Assembly: GCA_013696395.1 (NCBI GenBank)
Contig: JACCYQ010000044.1
Span: forward strand, 620-64,619
Reading direction: 5' to 3'
From: Chitinophagaceae bacterium
GTDB taxonomy: Bacteria; Bacteroidota; Bacteroidia; Chitinophagales; Chitinophagaceae
Length of the DNA: 64,000 nucleotides
This document shows, piece after piece, positions 27,310-37,300 of this stretch. The notes beneath the pieces were generated by a model. The model was not told the origin of the DNA. It saw only the letters and a list, made by a program, of their open reading frames with translations, and ran no database searches. Positions within the stretch are counted from its first letter, which is position 1. Each line of letters opens with the position of its first letter. The translations under genes were made by a program, and so were the position numbers.

Positions 27310-27325
27310 AAATAATATGTTTGTA

Positions 27326-27352
27326 AGCCCGGTATTTACCGGGTTCTTTTTT
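27326..27352 (+). terminator. rho-independent terminator after folE
   Basis: The stem AGCCCGGT/ACCGGGTT is followed by CTTTTTT. Confidence 0.7.
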
Positions 27353-27369
27353 ATCAAGATATATAATTT

Positions 27370-28260
27370 ATGAAACAAGCCTATGTATTTCCCGGACAAG
27401 GTTCTCAATTTCCGGGAATGGGTAAAGGACATTATGACAACAACGCATTTGCAAAAAAACTTTTCGAATCTGCCAATGAAACTTTAGGATTTCGCATTTC
27501 CGATATCATGTTTAATGGTACAGAAGATGATCTGAGGAAAACTGATGTAACACAACCCGCAGTTTTTTTACATTCAGTTATAGCATACAGAAATATTGAA
27601 AGCGGCAGACCTGATATGGTAGCTGGTCATTCACTCGGTGAGTTTTCGGCATTGGTAGCAAATAGTACACTTAGTTTTGAAGATGCTTTGCAATTGGTTT
27701 CCATTCGTGCCAGGGCAATGCAAAAGGCCATTAATATTCAACAGTCAACAATGGCGGCAATATTAGCACTGTCTGATGAAAAAGTAGAAGAAATATGCCG
27801 GGAGATACAAAACGACACTGGCGAGATAGTTGTTCCCGCAAATTATAATTGTCCCGGCCAATTGGTTATTTCTGGTTCCATTAAAGGAATAGAAATTGCC
27901 TGTGAAAAAATGAAAGAAGCTGGAGCCAAAAGAGCATTGATATTACCTGTAGGCGGTGCTTTTCATTCTCCATTAATGCAACCTGCGCAGGAAGAATTAA
28001 AAGCGGCTATTGAAAAAACCAGTTTTCACAATCCAACCTGTCCGGTTTATCAAAACGTAACAGCAAAACCTGTAATGGATAAAGAAGAAATAAAGCAAAA
28101 CCTGATAGATCAACTGACCGGCGCCGTTAGGTGGACGCAAACCATTCAGGCTATGATCGTAAATGGAGCGCATACATTTGTAGAGATCGGTCCGGGTAAA
28201 GTATTACAAGGACTAATCCAAAAGATCAGCAAAGAAGTGAAAGTTGCCAATATTGATTAA
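27370..28260 (+). CDS. fabD: malonyl CoA-ACP transacylase
   Basis: FPGQGSQ and the active-site GHSLGE are present. Length is 296 aa. Confidence 0.95.
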   Translation: MKQAYVFPGQGSQFPGMGKGHYDNNAFAKKLFESANETLGFRISDIMFNGTEDDLRKTDVTQPAVFLHSVIAYRNIESGRPDMVAGHSLGEFSALVANSTLSFEDALQLVSIRARAMQKAINIQQSTMAAILALSDEKVEEICREIQNDTGEIVVPANYNCPGQLVISGSIKGIEIACEKMKEAGAKRALILPVGGAFHSPLMQPAQEELKAAIEKTSFHNPTCPVYQNVTAKPVMDKEEIKQNLIDQLTGAVRWTQTIQAMIVNGAHTFVEIGPGKVLQGLIQKISKEVKVANID

Positions 28261-28296
28261 TCCCAGCTAATTTAAAGGAACATTATACTTCAAAAG

Positions 28297-28330
28297 AAAG
28301 AGAAACGTTGATTGGTTTCTCTTTTTTTTG
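28297..28330. terminator. bidirectional terminator between fabD and the GNAT gene
   Basis: AAAGAGAAAC (28297-28306) pairs with GTTTCTCTTT (28315-28324). An A-run flanks it upstream and TTTTTTG downstream. Confidence 0.75.
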
Positions 28331-28339
28331 AATAAGTGA

Positions 28340-28801
28340 TCATGTATTTTTACTCAGAGGAAAACTACAGTTGATCCATTCCGCATCAAAGCCTGCATTG
28401 TATTTTTTGTAAAAATTTATTGCCGGTTCGTTCCATTCTAATACCTGCCAAACGATGGCGTTTAATTTTTTTTCTTTTGCTTCTTCAATTAACCGGTCCA
28501 TCAATAGTTTTCCCAAACCTTTACCCCTGCTTTTTTCAGTTACCAAAATATCTTCCAAATACATTCTTTGGCCTTTCCAGGTACTATAACGGATATAGTA
28601 CAGCGCAAAACCGCAAACGATTCCTTGTTCCTCTGCCACAAATGCCCACCACACAGGGCTTAGTCCAAATCCGCTTTCTTCAAAATGTTTTAATGTTACT
28701 GTTACTTCATCAGGCGCTTTTTCATAATCGGCCAATTCCTGTATTAATTCTAATAATCGTGGACAATCTTCTTTTAAAACTCTTCTAATAATTATACTCA
28801 T
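28340..28801 (-). CDS. GNAT-family N-acetyltransferase (diamine/SSAT-like)
   Basis: The acetyl-CoA-binding region reads LVTEKSRGKGLGKLLM. Length is 153 aa. Its ATG overlaps the stop of the upstream gene by 1 nt (TAATG). Confidence 0.8.
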   Translation of the reverse strand: MSIIIRRVLKEDCPRLLELIQELADYEKAPDEVTVTLKHFEESGFGLSPVWWAFVAEEQGIVCGFALYYIRYSTWKGQRMYLEDILVTEKSRGKGLGKLLMDRLIEEAKEKKLNAIVWQVLEWNEPAINFYKKYNAGFDAEWINCSFPLSKNT

Positions 28802-30627
28802 TATGGTTTTAATTTTTTTGCTTTGAATGTTCCATTTGGTTGGGTAAAAGTCACGGCAATAATTTCTCCGTTAGCATCTTCTTCAAACACCACACTAAAA
28901 CCCTGTAAAGTTTTAAATACGAACTTATGTTTTTCAGTGGGTGTCAATTCATACTCCGGTTGTCCTTCTACAAACGCATATAAAGTGCTATCTCCCTTTA
29001 TATAAAATTTTGCCCTGGCACCCGGCGACAATTCATATTCTCCCACATATTTTTCCAGCTCCTGTTTTGTTATGGGTTTGGCTTTGGGTTTCCGGTTAAA
29101 TGCAAGATCTTCTTTCAAGCCTGTTTGCAATGGCAAAGTTAGTTTTACAATTTCAGCTGCAGTATTCATATAAAACTGGATGTAAAGCTGACCAGGATTG
29201 CTGGTATCAATGCCATCTTGTTTGTCAATCGTGAAAGGTTCAAATATATCATAATGGTAATGCCGTAACCAGCTTGCATCGATCGGCGTATAAGCAAATA
29301 ATGAATCATTTTTCACTACTACTTCCATGGTCCCATAACCGGGATGTTCATATAAACCTTCATAAGCACTTAAATCAAAAGAAGGTTTAGTTCCTTTTTT
29401 CCGGTTACTGCCAACACCTTTCTGTGTTTCTTTAGCTATAGCTTTCGATTCTGCTTCTGCCCGGTTAATATTTCCCAACCAATCGATTGGTTTTAAATTA
29501 AACAACCTGTCACTGATCATATTTCTTACAATGGAGGTAACCGAAGATCCGTTTTGATTGGCTAATACAATAATGCCAATGCTGTCACTTGGATAATAAC
29601 TGGTAGATGCAGAAAATCCATCAATATTACCACCATGTTCCACCTTGTAATGACCACGGTATGAACTCGTCATCCAGCCAAATCCATAATTCCCAAAATA
29701 TATATCCGGATTATCCTTATCTGGTAAACCACCCCTGATAACCATTTGAGAACTGCTTGCCTGACTAATATAGGCTGCAGGTAAAATTTCCTTTCCGTTG
29801 AATTTTCCTCCATTGATCCAGGTAATCACCCAATTGGCCATTTCATTTACATTACTGTTAATGCTGCCGGCAGGTCCCATCGCATCAATATTATAATAAT
29901 CCATTTTTTTTATGATGCTATCCTTGTAAACATAATATCCTTTCGATGCTTCATTACTTTTCGCCAGGTCATTCACACTGAAGTTTGAATTTTTCATGTC
30001 AAGCGGCACAAATATTTTTTCACGAATATTTTCTTCCCATGATTTGCCGGTTAATTTTTCTGCAATCATTCCCTGTATAAGAAACATGAAATTATTATAC
30101 TGCCATGTTTGCCTCAGCGGGGCAGATGGTTCCATGTGTTTTATTCTCTTTAACAAGCTATCCCTTGAGGAAGACCTGAAAAGATACCAGCTATAGTCAT
30201 GTCGGGGAATGCCTGTTCTGTGTGTCATCATATCCCTGATCGTAACCTGATTATTCAGTTCGTCATTGTAAAAAAATAATTCGGGCAGATAAAACCGGGC
30301 AGGTTTATCGTATTCAACTTTATTATTTTTATTTTCTATTCCCAAAAGTGCCGATGTAAAAGCTTTGGTACATGAACCAATAGCAAATAATGTGTTGGTT
30401 GTTACTGGTAATTTATTTTCAAGATCACGGTATCCATAACCTTTAGAAAATATAACCTCATTGTTTTTTACTACGGCAACGGCAAAACCCACGGCTTTTC
30501 TTTCCTTCAAAACTCGCTGAAAAGCGGTATCCAGGCGGGCAAATGGATCAGGTGTTTTGTTGCTTTTTTTCTGGGCAAATGTTAAAGTGCACTGTAAGAG
30601 GAATAAGAATAAAAATAACTTATGCAT
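28801..30627 (-). CDS. secreted serine hydrolase, beta-lactamase/PBP4* (class C-like) fold
   Basis: It has a signal peptide (LQCTLTFAQ) and an S-x-x-K motif in FAIGSCTKAF. The catalytic domain of about 380 aa is followed by a C-terminal extension of about 200 aa. Confidence 0.8.
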   Translation of the reverse strand: MHKLFLFLFLLQCTLTFAQKKSNKTPDPFARLDTAFQRVLKERKAVGFAVAVVKNNEVIFSKGYGYRDLENKLPVTTNTLFAIGSCTKAFTSALLGIENKNNKVEYDKPARFYLPELFFYNDELNNQVTIRDMMTHRTGIPRHDYSWYLFRSSSRDSLLKRIKHMEPSAPLRQTWQYNNFMFLIQGMIAEKLTGKSWEENIREKIFVPLDMKNSNFSVNDLAKSNEASKGYYVYKDSIIKKMDYYNIDAMGPAGSINSNVNEMANWVITWINGGKFNGKEILPAAYISQASSSQMVIRGGLPDKDNPDIYFGNYGFGWMTSSYRGHYKVEHGGNIDGFSASTSYYPSDSIGIIVLANQNGSSVTSIVRNMISDRLFNLKPIDWLGNINRAEAESKAIAKETQKGVGSNRKKGTKPSFDLSAYEGLYEHPGYGTMEVVVKNDSLFAYTPIDASWLRHYHYDIFEPFTIDKQDGIDTSNPGQLYIQFYMNTAAEIVKLTLPLQTGLKEDLAFNRKPKAKPITKQELEKYVGEYELSPGARAKFYIKGDSTLYAFVEGQPEYELTPTEKHKFVFKTLQGFSVVFEEDANGEIIAVTFTQPNGTFKAKKLKP

Positions 30628-30652
30628 AGCTGTTAGTTTTGAGATAAAGTGT

Positions 30653-31876
30653 TTATTGTAATGCCTGGTTCAGGTCGGCAATAATATCTTCTACATTTTC
30701 CATTCCCACACTCATCCTGATCAACCCATCGGAGATGCCATATTTTTTTCTTGCTTCTGCCGGTACACTATAATGCGTCATAGATGCAGGATGACAAATG
30801 AGGGTATCGCAGGTTCCTAAAGAAACGGTTCGTGTACACATTCTCAGTTTGTTCATAAAAGCAACACCTCCATCAAATCCATTCTTTAATTCAAAGCTCA
30901 TCATCGCTCCGGGATGTTTCATTTGTTTCATCGCAATTTTATGATCCGGGTGATGTTCAAGCCCGTTATAATTAACCATGGCAATGGCAGCATGTGTATC
31001 CAGGAATTTCGCTACCTGCATGGCATTACTACAATGGCGATCCATTCTTACTTCCAGGGTTTTCATTCCATTGATCAGCATAAATGTATCAAATGGGTTA
31101 GGCGTTCCTCCCAGTGTCTTGTACATTTTATAAACCTTACCGTTCATGCGTTCCAAATCTTTACCCAATAATACGCCGCCAATTGCCGTACCATGCCCGT
31201 TTAGAAATTTTGTGGTTGAATGAACAACAAAATCAACACCATATTTAAATGGTTGTTGCAGGTAAGGCGTTGCAAAAGTATTATCGCAGGCAACCAGTTT
31301 AGCATGTTTGCGTGCCAGTTTACAAAGTTCATCCAGGTCAACACATTGAATGGTCGGATTAGCAGGCGTTTCCAGGTATAACATTTTTATTGCAGGATCA
31401 GCCTTCAACATATCTTCTGCCTTTTGCGGATCACGCAAATCCGTTATAATACTTTCGATACCGAGTTCTGGTAATACGTTTTGTAATATTTCTTCGGTTC
31501 CTCCATACAAAGAAAAATGTGTGAGTACTTTATCTCCGGGTTTTAATGTAGCCAATAATAAAGTGGTTATTGCGGCCATACCGGAGGCATGCATTAAAGC
31601 TTTTAATGGCAACGGATTTCCATTCTCATCCTGTATGCCGAAGCTTTCCATCGCCGTAATTTTTCTTTCAGCTTCTGCTGCTGTGGGATTTCCCCAGCGA
31701 CTGTAAATAAATCCATCTTCTTTTCCGCTAAACCGGCGCATACCTTGTTCCGCATCATCAAAAACAAAAGTGCTCGATGCATATATGGGTACAAGATGTG
31801 CCTGGTTTGATTCCTTTTGATGACCTGCATGTATGGCGACAGAACCAAATCCTTTTAAATCAACTTTTTTTTCCAT
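30653..31876 (-). CDS. PLP-dependent trans-sulfuration family enzyme (methionine gamma-lyase / cystathionine gamma-synthase / OAH sulfhydrylase-like)
   Basis: YSRWGNPT and the PLP-lysine motif HSTTKFLNGHG are present. Length is 407 aa. The exact specificity cannot be called from sequence alone. Confidence 0.85.
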   Translation of the reverse strand: MEKKVDLKGFGSVAIHAGHQKESNQAHLVPIYASSTFVFDDAEQGMRRFSGKEDGFIYSRWGNPTAAEAERKITAMESFGIQDENGNPLPLKALMHASGMAAITTLLLATLKPGDKVLTHFSLYGGTEEILQNVLPELGIESIITDLRDPQKAEDMLKADPAIKMLYLETPANPTIQCVDLDELCKLARKHAKLVACDNTFATPYLQQPFKYGVDFVVHSTTKFLNGHGTAIGGVLLGKDLERMNGKVYKMYKTLGGTPNPFDTFMLINGMKTLEVRMDRHCSNAMQVAKFLDTHAAIAMVNYNGLEHHPDHKIAMKQMKHPGAMMSFELKNGFDGGVAFMNKLRMCTRTVSLGTCDTLICHPASMTHYSVPAEARKKYGISDGLIRMSVGMENVEDIIADLNQALQ

Positions 31877-31896
31877 GGTTCTTTTTTTTATCCTTT

Positions 31897-31904
31897 CAAA
31901 TTTA
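31897..31904 (-). promoter_or_regulatory. candidate -7 box (TAaaTTTG)
   Basis: The minus strand reads CCGTTAAATTTGAAAGG, 20 nt upstream of ATG 31876. Confidence 0.4.
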
Positions 31905-31974
31905 ACGGCTGCAACTCAATAAAGAATCAGCCATTCAAATTATATTGTGAATGGTTCAATTAAATTGTCATGAA

Positions 31975-32472
31975 ATGAAAGAATTACTCTCAAAATATGT
32001 TGCATACAATCTTTGGGCAAATGAAATATTTACTGCATTAATTTTAAAATTACCAGCCGACGATGTGTTTAAAGAAATGCCTTCAAGTTTTAAAACCATC
32101 CAGGAAACCATTTTTCATATGTGTTCCGCTGAATACATCTGGAGACAGCGTATGATGCTGGCAGAAAGAATTATTCCGCTGAATGAAGATCTGAAAAATG
32201 ATACACCTGCATTATGTAAGGAGTTGATTAACCAATCAAACCAATTGAACAAATGGGTTTCAGGCAAAAATGAATTGGCATTAACGCATGTTTTTCAGTA
32301 CAAAAATTCCCAGGGCGAATTTTTTAAGCAACCAGTGAATGAAGTATTATTACATGTATGCAATCATAGTACATATCATAGGGGACAGTTGGTGAATATG
32401 CTTCGGCAATTGGGATTTGAAAAAATACCACAAACAGATTTTTCAAATTGGTGCAGGGAAAGACGGAATTAA
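31975..32472 (+). CDS. DinB-family (four-helix bundle) protein
   Basis: YNLWAN near the N-terminus and a His triad context (HMCSAEYIW, HVCNHSTYHRGQ) are present. The start is ATG 31975 or 31951. Confidence 0.65.
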   Translation: MKELLSKYVAYNLWANEIFTALILKLPADDVFKEMPSSFKTIQETIFHMCSAEYIWRQRMMLAERIIPLNEDLKNDTPALCKELINQSNQLNKWVSGKNELALTHVFQYKNSQGEFFKQPVNEVLLHVCNHSTYHRGQLVNMLRQLGFEKIPQTDFSNWCRERRN

Positions 32473-32512
32473 ACCATATCTAACATCTCAAAGAGCGAGA
32501 AGCCAGACACCA

Positions 32513-33505
32513 TTAATACGCCCACTTAATCAGCGTTGCTCCCCAGGTAAATCCACCACCAAAAGCCGCCAGTACAATTTTATCTCCCTTATTTAATTTG
32601 CTTTCCCATTCCCATAAACATAAAGGAATAGTAGCCGCTGTAGTGTTTCCATACCTTTCAATATTCAGCATCACTTTATCCTGCGATAATCCCATTCGGT
32701 TTGCGGTAGCATCAATAATTCTTTTATTGGCCTGGTGGGGAACCAGCCAGGCAATATCATCGCCGGTAAGGTTATTTCTTTCCAGGAGTTCCGCACTTAC
32801 ATCCGCCATGCCTTTAACCGCGAATTTGAATACCGGTTGACCATCCTGGAAAATAAAATGTTGTTTATTAGTAACTGTTTCAATCGATGCAGGGTTTAAT
32901 GAACCGCCTGCTCTTTGGTATAAATATTCCCGACCAATACCATCACTTTTTAATAAACTATCCTGTATACCGTAACCATCTTCATTGGGTTCTAATAAAA
33001 CACAGCCCGCAGCATCGCCAAATAAAATACAGGTTGAACGATCCGTATAATCAACAATCGCACTCATTTTATCGGCGCCTACAACAACTACTTTTTTGTA
33101 ACGGCCACTTTCAATCAGGGCAGTTCCAGTGGTAACGCCAAACAAAAAACCGGAGCAAGCTGCATTCAGATCAAATCCCCACGCATTTATTGCTCCAATT
33201 TTATCGCAAATGATGTTTGCTGTTGCAGGGAAAAGCATGTCGGGAGTTACCGTGCAGCAGATCATGCAATCAATTTCGCCTGGATCAATGCCTCTTTTGC
33301 GGCACAGTTCCAGTACTGCCGGTGCTCCCATATCCGATGTAGCCAATCCTTTTCCCTTTTGTATTCTTCTTTCGGAAATCCCGGTTCTGCTTTTTATCCA
33401 TTCGTCATTAGTTTCAACCATTCTTTCCAGGTCTGCATTCGTGAGTTTATCTTCTGGTACAAATGCACCTACGGCAGTAATAGCAGCATTGATCTTATTG
33501 CTCAT
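32513..33505 (-). CDS. fabH: 3-oxoacyl-ACP synthase III
   Basis: The active-site Cys is in AACSGFLF, with VPHQANKRI and YGNTTAATIP also present. Confidence 0.95.
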   Translation of the reverse strand: MSNKINAAITAVGAFVPEDKLTNADLERMVETNDEWIKSRTGISERRIQKGKGLATSDMGAPAVLELCRKRGIDPGEIDCMICCTVTPDMLFPATANIICDKIGAINAWGFDLNAACSGFLFGVTTGTALIESGRYKKVVVVGADKMSAIVDYTDRSTCILFGDAAGCVLLEPNEDGYGIQDSLLKSDGIGREYLYQRAGGSLNPASIETVTNKQHFIFQDGQPVFKFAVKGMADVSAELLERNNLTGDDIAWLVPHQANKRIIDATANRMGLSQDKVMLNIERYGNTTAATIPLCLWEWESKLNKGDKIVLAAFGGGFTWGATLIKWAY

Positions 33506-33530
33506 CGTTTGTAATTATTTTTAAAATGGC

Positions 33531-33538
33531 CAAAGGTA
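33531..33538 (-). promoter_or_regulatory. candidate -7 box (TAccTTTG) for fabH
   Basis: The minus strand reads TATGTACCTTTGGCC, 25 nt upstream of ATG 33505. A TTTA lies 20 nt further upstream. Confidence 0.4.
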
Positions 33539-33662
33539 CATAAGAAATGTTCATTGCGTAAAGTGCGGAGTAACTGCTTCAAAATCAAATATTATGTAAA
33601 AAAAAATTATTATAAAATATCAGGATGGCAACAAATAAAGTTCTGCCTATTTTCGCAATCTT

Positions 33663-34244
33663 ATGATCGCATATTTAAAAGGAAAATTTACCTATAAAAG
33701 CCCAACCTCCGTTCACCTGGATGTAAATGGGGTAGGTTATGAAGTGCTCATTAGTCTCAATACCTATTCCAAAATCCAAAATCTGGATGTAGGATTGCTA
33801 CACACTCTTTTATTGATAAGGGAAGATGCTCATATCTTATATGGTTTTTTTGAGCTGGCGGAAAAGGAGATGTTTTCCCAATTGATAAGTGTTTCAGGGG
33901 TGGGTGCTTCTACCGCCCGGATGATGCTGAGTTATATGAAACCCGACGAATTGGCCGTTGCTATCATAAATGGAGAAACAAAAACACTTGAAGGTATAAA
34001 AGGAATAGGAAAAAAATCGGCTGAAAGGCTGGTTGTAGAGTTGCGGGATAAGTTAGCTAAACAATCCCCGGGATCAAATATTTCACCATTGAAACACAAT
34101 ACATTACAGCAGGATGCGTTGAATGCTTTATTGGCGTTGGGCATACTACGGCAGGCTGCTGAACAGGCTGTTCAAAAAGCTACCGCATCTCAACCCGATA
34201 TGCCAGTAGAGGAGATCATCAAAAAAGCACTGCGTGCCTTATAA
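33663..34244 (+). CDS. ruvA: Holliday junction DNA helicase RuvA
   Basis: MIAYLKGKF....V.LDVNGVGYEV is a typical RuvA N-terminus, and the HhH motif IKGIGKKSAERLV is present. Confidence 0.95.
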   Translation: MIAYLKGKFTYKSPTSVHLDVNGVGYEVLISLNTYSKIQNLDVGLLHTLLLIREDAHILYGFFELAEKEMFSQLISVSGVGASTARMMLSYMKPDELAVAIINGETKTLEGIKGIGKKSAERLVVELRDKLAKQSPGSNISPLKHNTLQQDALNALLALGILRQAAEQAVQKATASQPDMPVEEIIKKALRAL

Positions 34245-34310
34245 TCCATTATTCATTACTAATTGTTAGGAGAAAAAAACTTGACGCCAAAGACCAGCTA
34301 CATTTTTAGT

Positions 34311-37300
34311 ATGTTGGTAATAACCAGCATTCTGACGCTTGGTTTATTTACGTATGCGCATGGCCGTAATACAAACGGGGTAGCCGGCGGGTTTAATCCT
34401 TTTTTTTATATTGATACTATTCCATATCCAATTTATGACCGATATGGCGATCCATATACTTATCCTAACCGGAACAGTTTTAACCTGAAGGACAGCGCCT
34501 TTATCAAAAGAAATATAGAATACGATCCGGTGACCAAAGAATATTATTTCATGGAAAAGATCGGGAGCCGCTATTATCGCACTCCCATGACTTTTTCAAT
34601 GAATGAATTTCTTGAATTGAAAGGCAGGCAGGATGAAGTTGAATATTTCAGACAAAGGGCAGGATTGCTATCTGATCTTAACAGGCGCTTATATAAACCA
34701 AAATTTTCATTCCGAGATGATTGGGTGAATCGGATTATGGGCGTAGGCAAAGTGGAAATTAAACCGAATGGTTATGTAGATATTATGGCTGGTTACCAGG
34801 GTCAAAACATTAAAAATCCAACTTTACCGGAAAGAGCCCGCAAAAACGGAGGTTTCGATTTCAATATGAACAGCCAGTTACAGGTTGATGCTAATATTGG
34901 CGATAAATTAAAATTGCCCATAAATTATAATACCCTGGCCAACTTCGATTTTGAAAACCAACTCAAATTGGATTACCGGGGAAGAGACGATGAAATTTTA
35001 AAACTTTTCCAGGCTGGTAATGTAAGTTTTGCCAATAAGGGAACGTTGATTCCAGGCGCCCAATCATTATTTGGTATAAAAACCCAGCTTCAATTCGGAA
35101 AATTATTTGTTACAGGTATACTTGCCAATCAAAGGTCACAAAGGCAATCTTTAGGACTCCAGGGTGGAACAGCTACACAGGATTTCAGCTTGCGATCTGA
35201 TGAATATGAAGAAAATCGGCACTTCCTGGTTGCCCAATACTTTAGGCACCGGTATAATAAAGCAATGAGCACCCTGCCAGTCGTTCAATCCAATGTGCAG
35301 ATATTGAAGACTGAAGTATGGGTTACAAACCGTACAGGAGCCACAACGGATACCCGGGATATTGTTGCTTTTATGGACCTGGGCGAAGGATTTCCATTTA
35401 ATAATAATTGGACGGGCAGCGGAGATTCTCTTCCACGTAATGGTGCCAACGATCTTTATCAAACATTATTAAACACACCCGATAGCAGAAATTCCACACA
35501 GGTTCAAAGGATAATGACCAGCCTCGGAATGCAACCTGTACAGGATTTTGAAAAAACATTTGCCCGTAAACTACAACCCACGGATTATTATATTAATGAA
35601 CGAATTGGGTTTGTTTCACTAAATCAACCCTTACAACCAGATGAAGTATTGGGTATTGCTTTCCAGTATACTTACAATGGGAAAGTATTCCAGGTAGGTG
35701 AGTTTAGCCAGGATGTACCTCCTGACAGTACGGGTAATGCCCAAAAAGTATTGTTTTTAAAGCTTTTGAAAGCTACATCTCAACGGCCCAACCTGCCAAT
35801 CTGGGACCTGATGATGAAAAACGTTTATTCCGTTGGATTTGGTCAATTGGAAAGACAGGATTTCCAATTGAATGTTTTGTATGAAGAACCAAGCCTGGGT
35901 GAGAAAAGGTATTTGCCTTTAGATTCAGTTTTACCCCAATACAAAGGCATTCCCCTTATCAACCTTTTGAATTTAGACAGATTAAATAACCAAAATGATC
36001 CGCAACCGGATGGAGTGTTCGATTATATTGAAGGCTACACGGTAATTCCATCTCTAAGCCGTGTAATATTCCCGGTGCTGGAACCATTTGGTCGAGACCT
36101 GGAATATGTTTTTCCAAATCAGCAGATCCGCGATAGGTTTATTTACTATCCATTATATGATACTATTAAAGCAATTGCTCAAACCTTTGCCAATTTAAAT
36201 CGCTATAAAATAGAAGGTCGGTCAAGATCAGCTACTTCAGGGGATTACCAATTAGGTTTCAATATTCCACCAGGTTCAGTAACTGTAACCGCAGGCGGAC
36301 AAGTATTAAGAGAAAACATTGATTACGAAATAAATTATGACCTGGGAAGTATGCGCATCATCAACCAGGCAATTATTAATGCCGGATTGCCGGTGCAGGT
36401 ACAGTACGAAAATAACGCCACGTTTGGTTTGCAGCAACGAAATTATATGGGTCTGCGCCTGGATTATTTGGCGAATAGAAATTTGACTGTAGGTGGTACT
36501 GTTGTCAGATTAGGGGAGAGACCATTCTTCACTAAAACGACTTATGGTGATGATCCTATCCGTAATACCATGGTTGGAATGGATCTTGATTACCGTAACG
36601 AAATTCCGCGGTTAACAAAATGGCTCGATAAATTACCTTTTTATACTACCAAAGTGCCTTCTGCTATCAACGCATATGCCGAAGCCGCCTGGTTAATACC
36701 CGGCCACGCACCACAGATAGGAAAGGGTGGGGAAGGCCTCAGTTATATTGATGATTTTGAAGGCACCCGCAGCAGTATTGATTTACGATTTCCATTAATT
36801 AGCTGGACGATGGCCTCCACACCCCAAAAAAATGGTCTTTTTCCTGAGGCTGACCTGATCAATGATCTTGCTTATGGATTCAATCGTGCAAAGCTTGCCT
36901 GGTATAATATTGAACCCGTTTTGCAGGAAAGGAGAAATGTAAATAACCCGCTTCGTAACGATCCTAATGAACTTTCAAAACCTGAAACCCGCCAGGTATT
37001 GCAGCAAGAGATTTTTCCTAAAAGAACCAACGATTTTGGACAGGGACTGCTCACCACTTTTGATTTGGCCTACTATCCCCGCGAGAAAGGACCTTATAAT
37101 TTTGAATCAAGAAGCAATCGTATTGATGGGAATGGCCGTTTGCTGAATCCGAAACAAGCCTGGGCAGGTATTATGCGCCATATTGACCAGACAGATTTTG
37201 AAACAAGCAATATAGAATTCATCGAATTTTGGGTGCAGGACCCCTTTATAAATAAGCCTTTCAGTTCCGGGGGTAGTTTATATTTTAACCTGGGAAATAT

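Noticed and set aside
33129-33524. Antisense ORFs of 80-160 aa lie inside fabH. Similar ones occur inside sprA (37094-37564), cargo paralog A (44293-44775), the PLP enzyme gene (31350-31706) and other genes.
   Set aside because: All are embedded in genes with strong motif support on the other strand, and none shows a recognisable domain.
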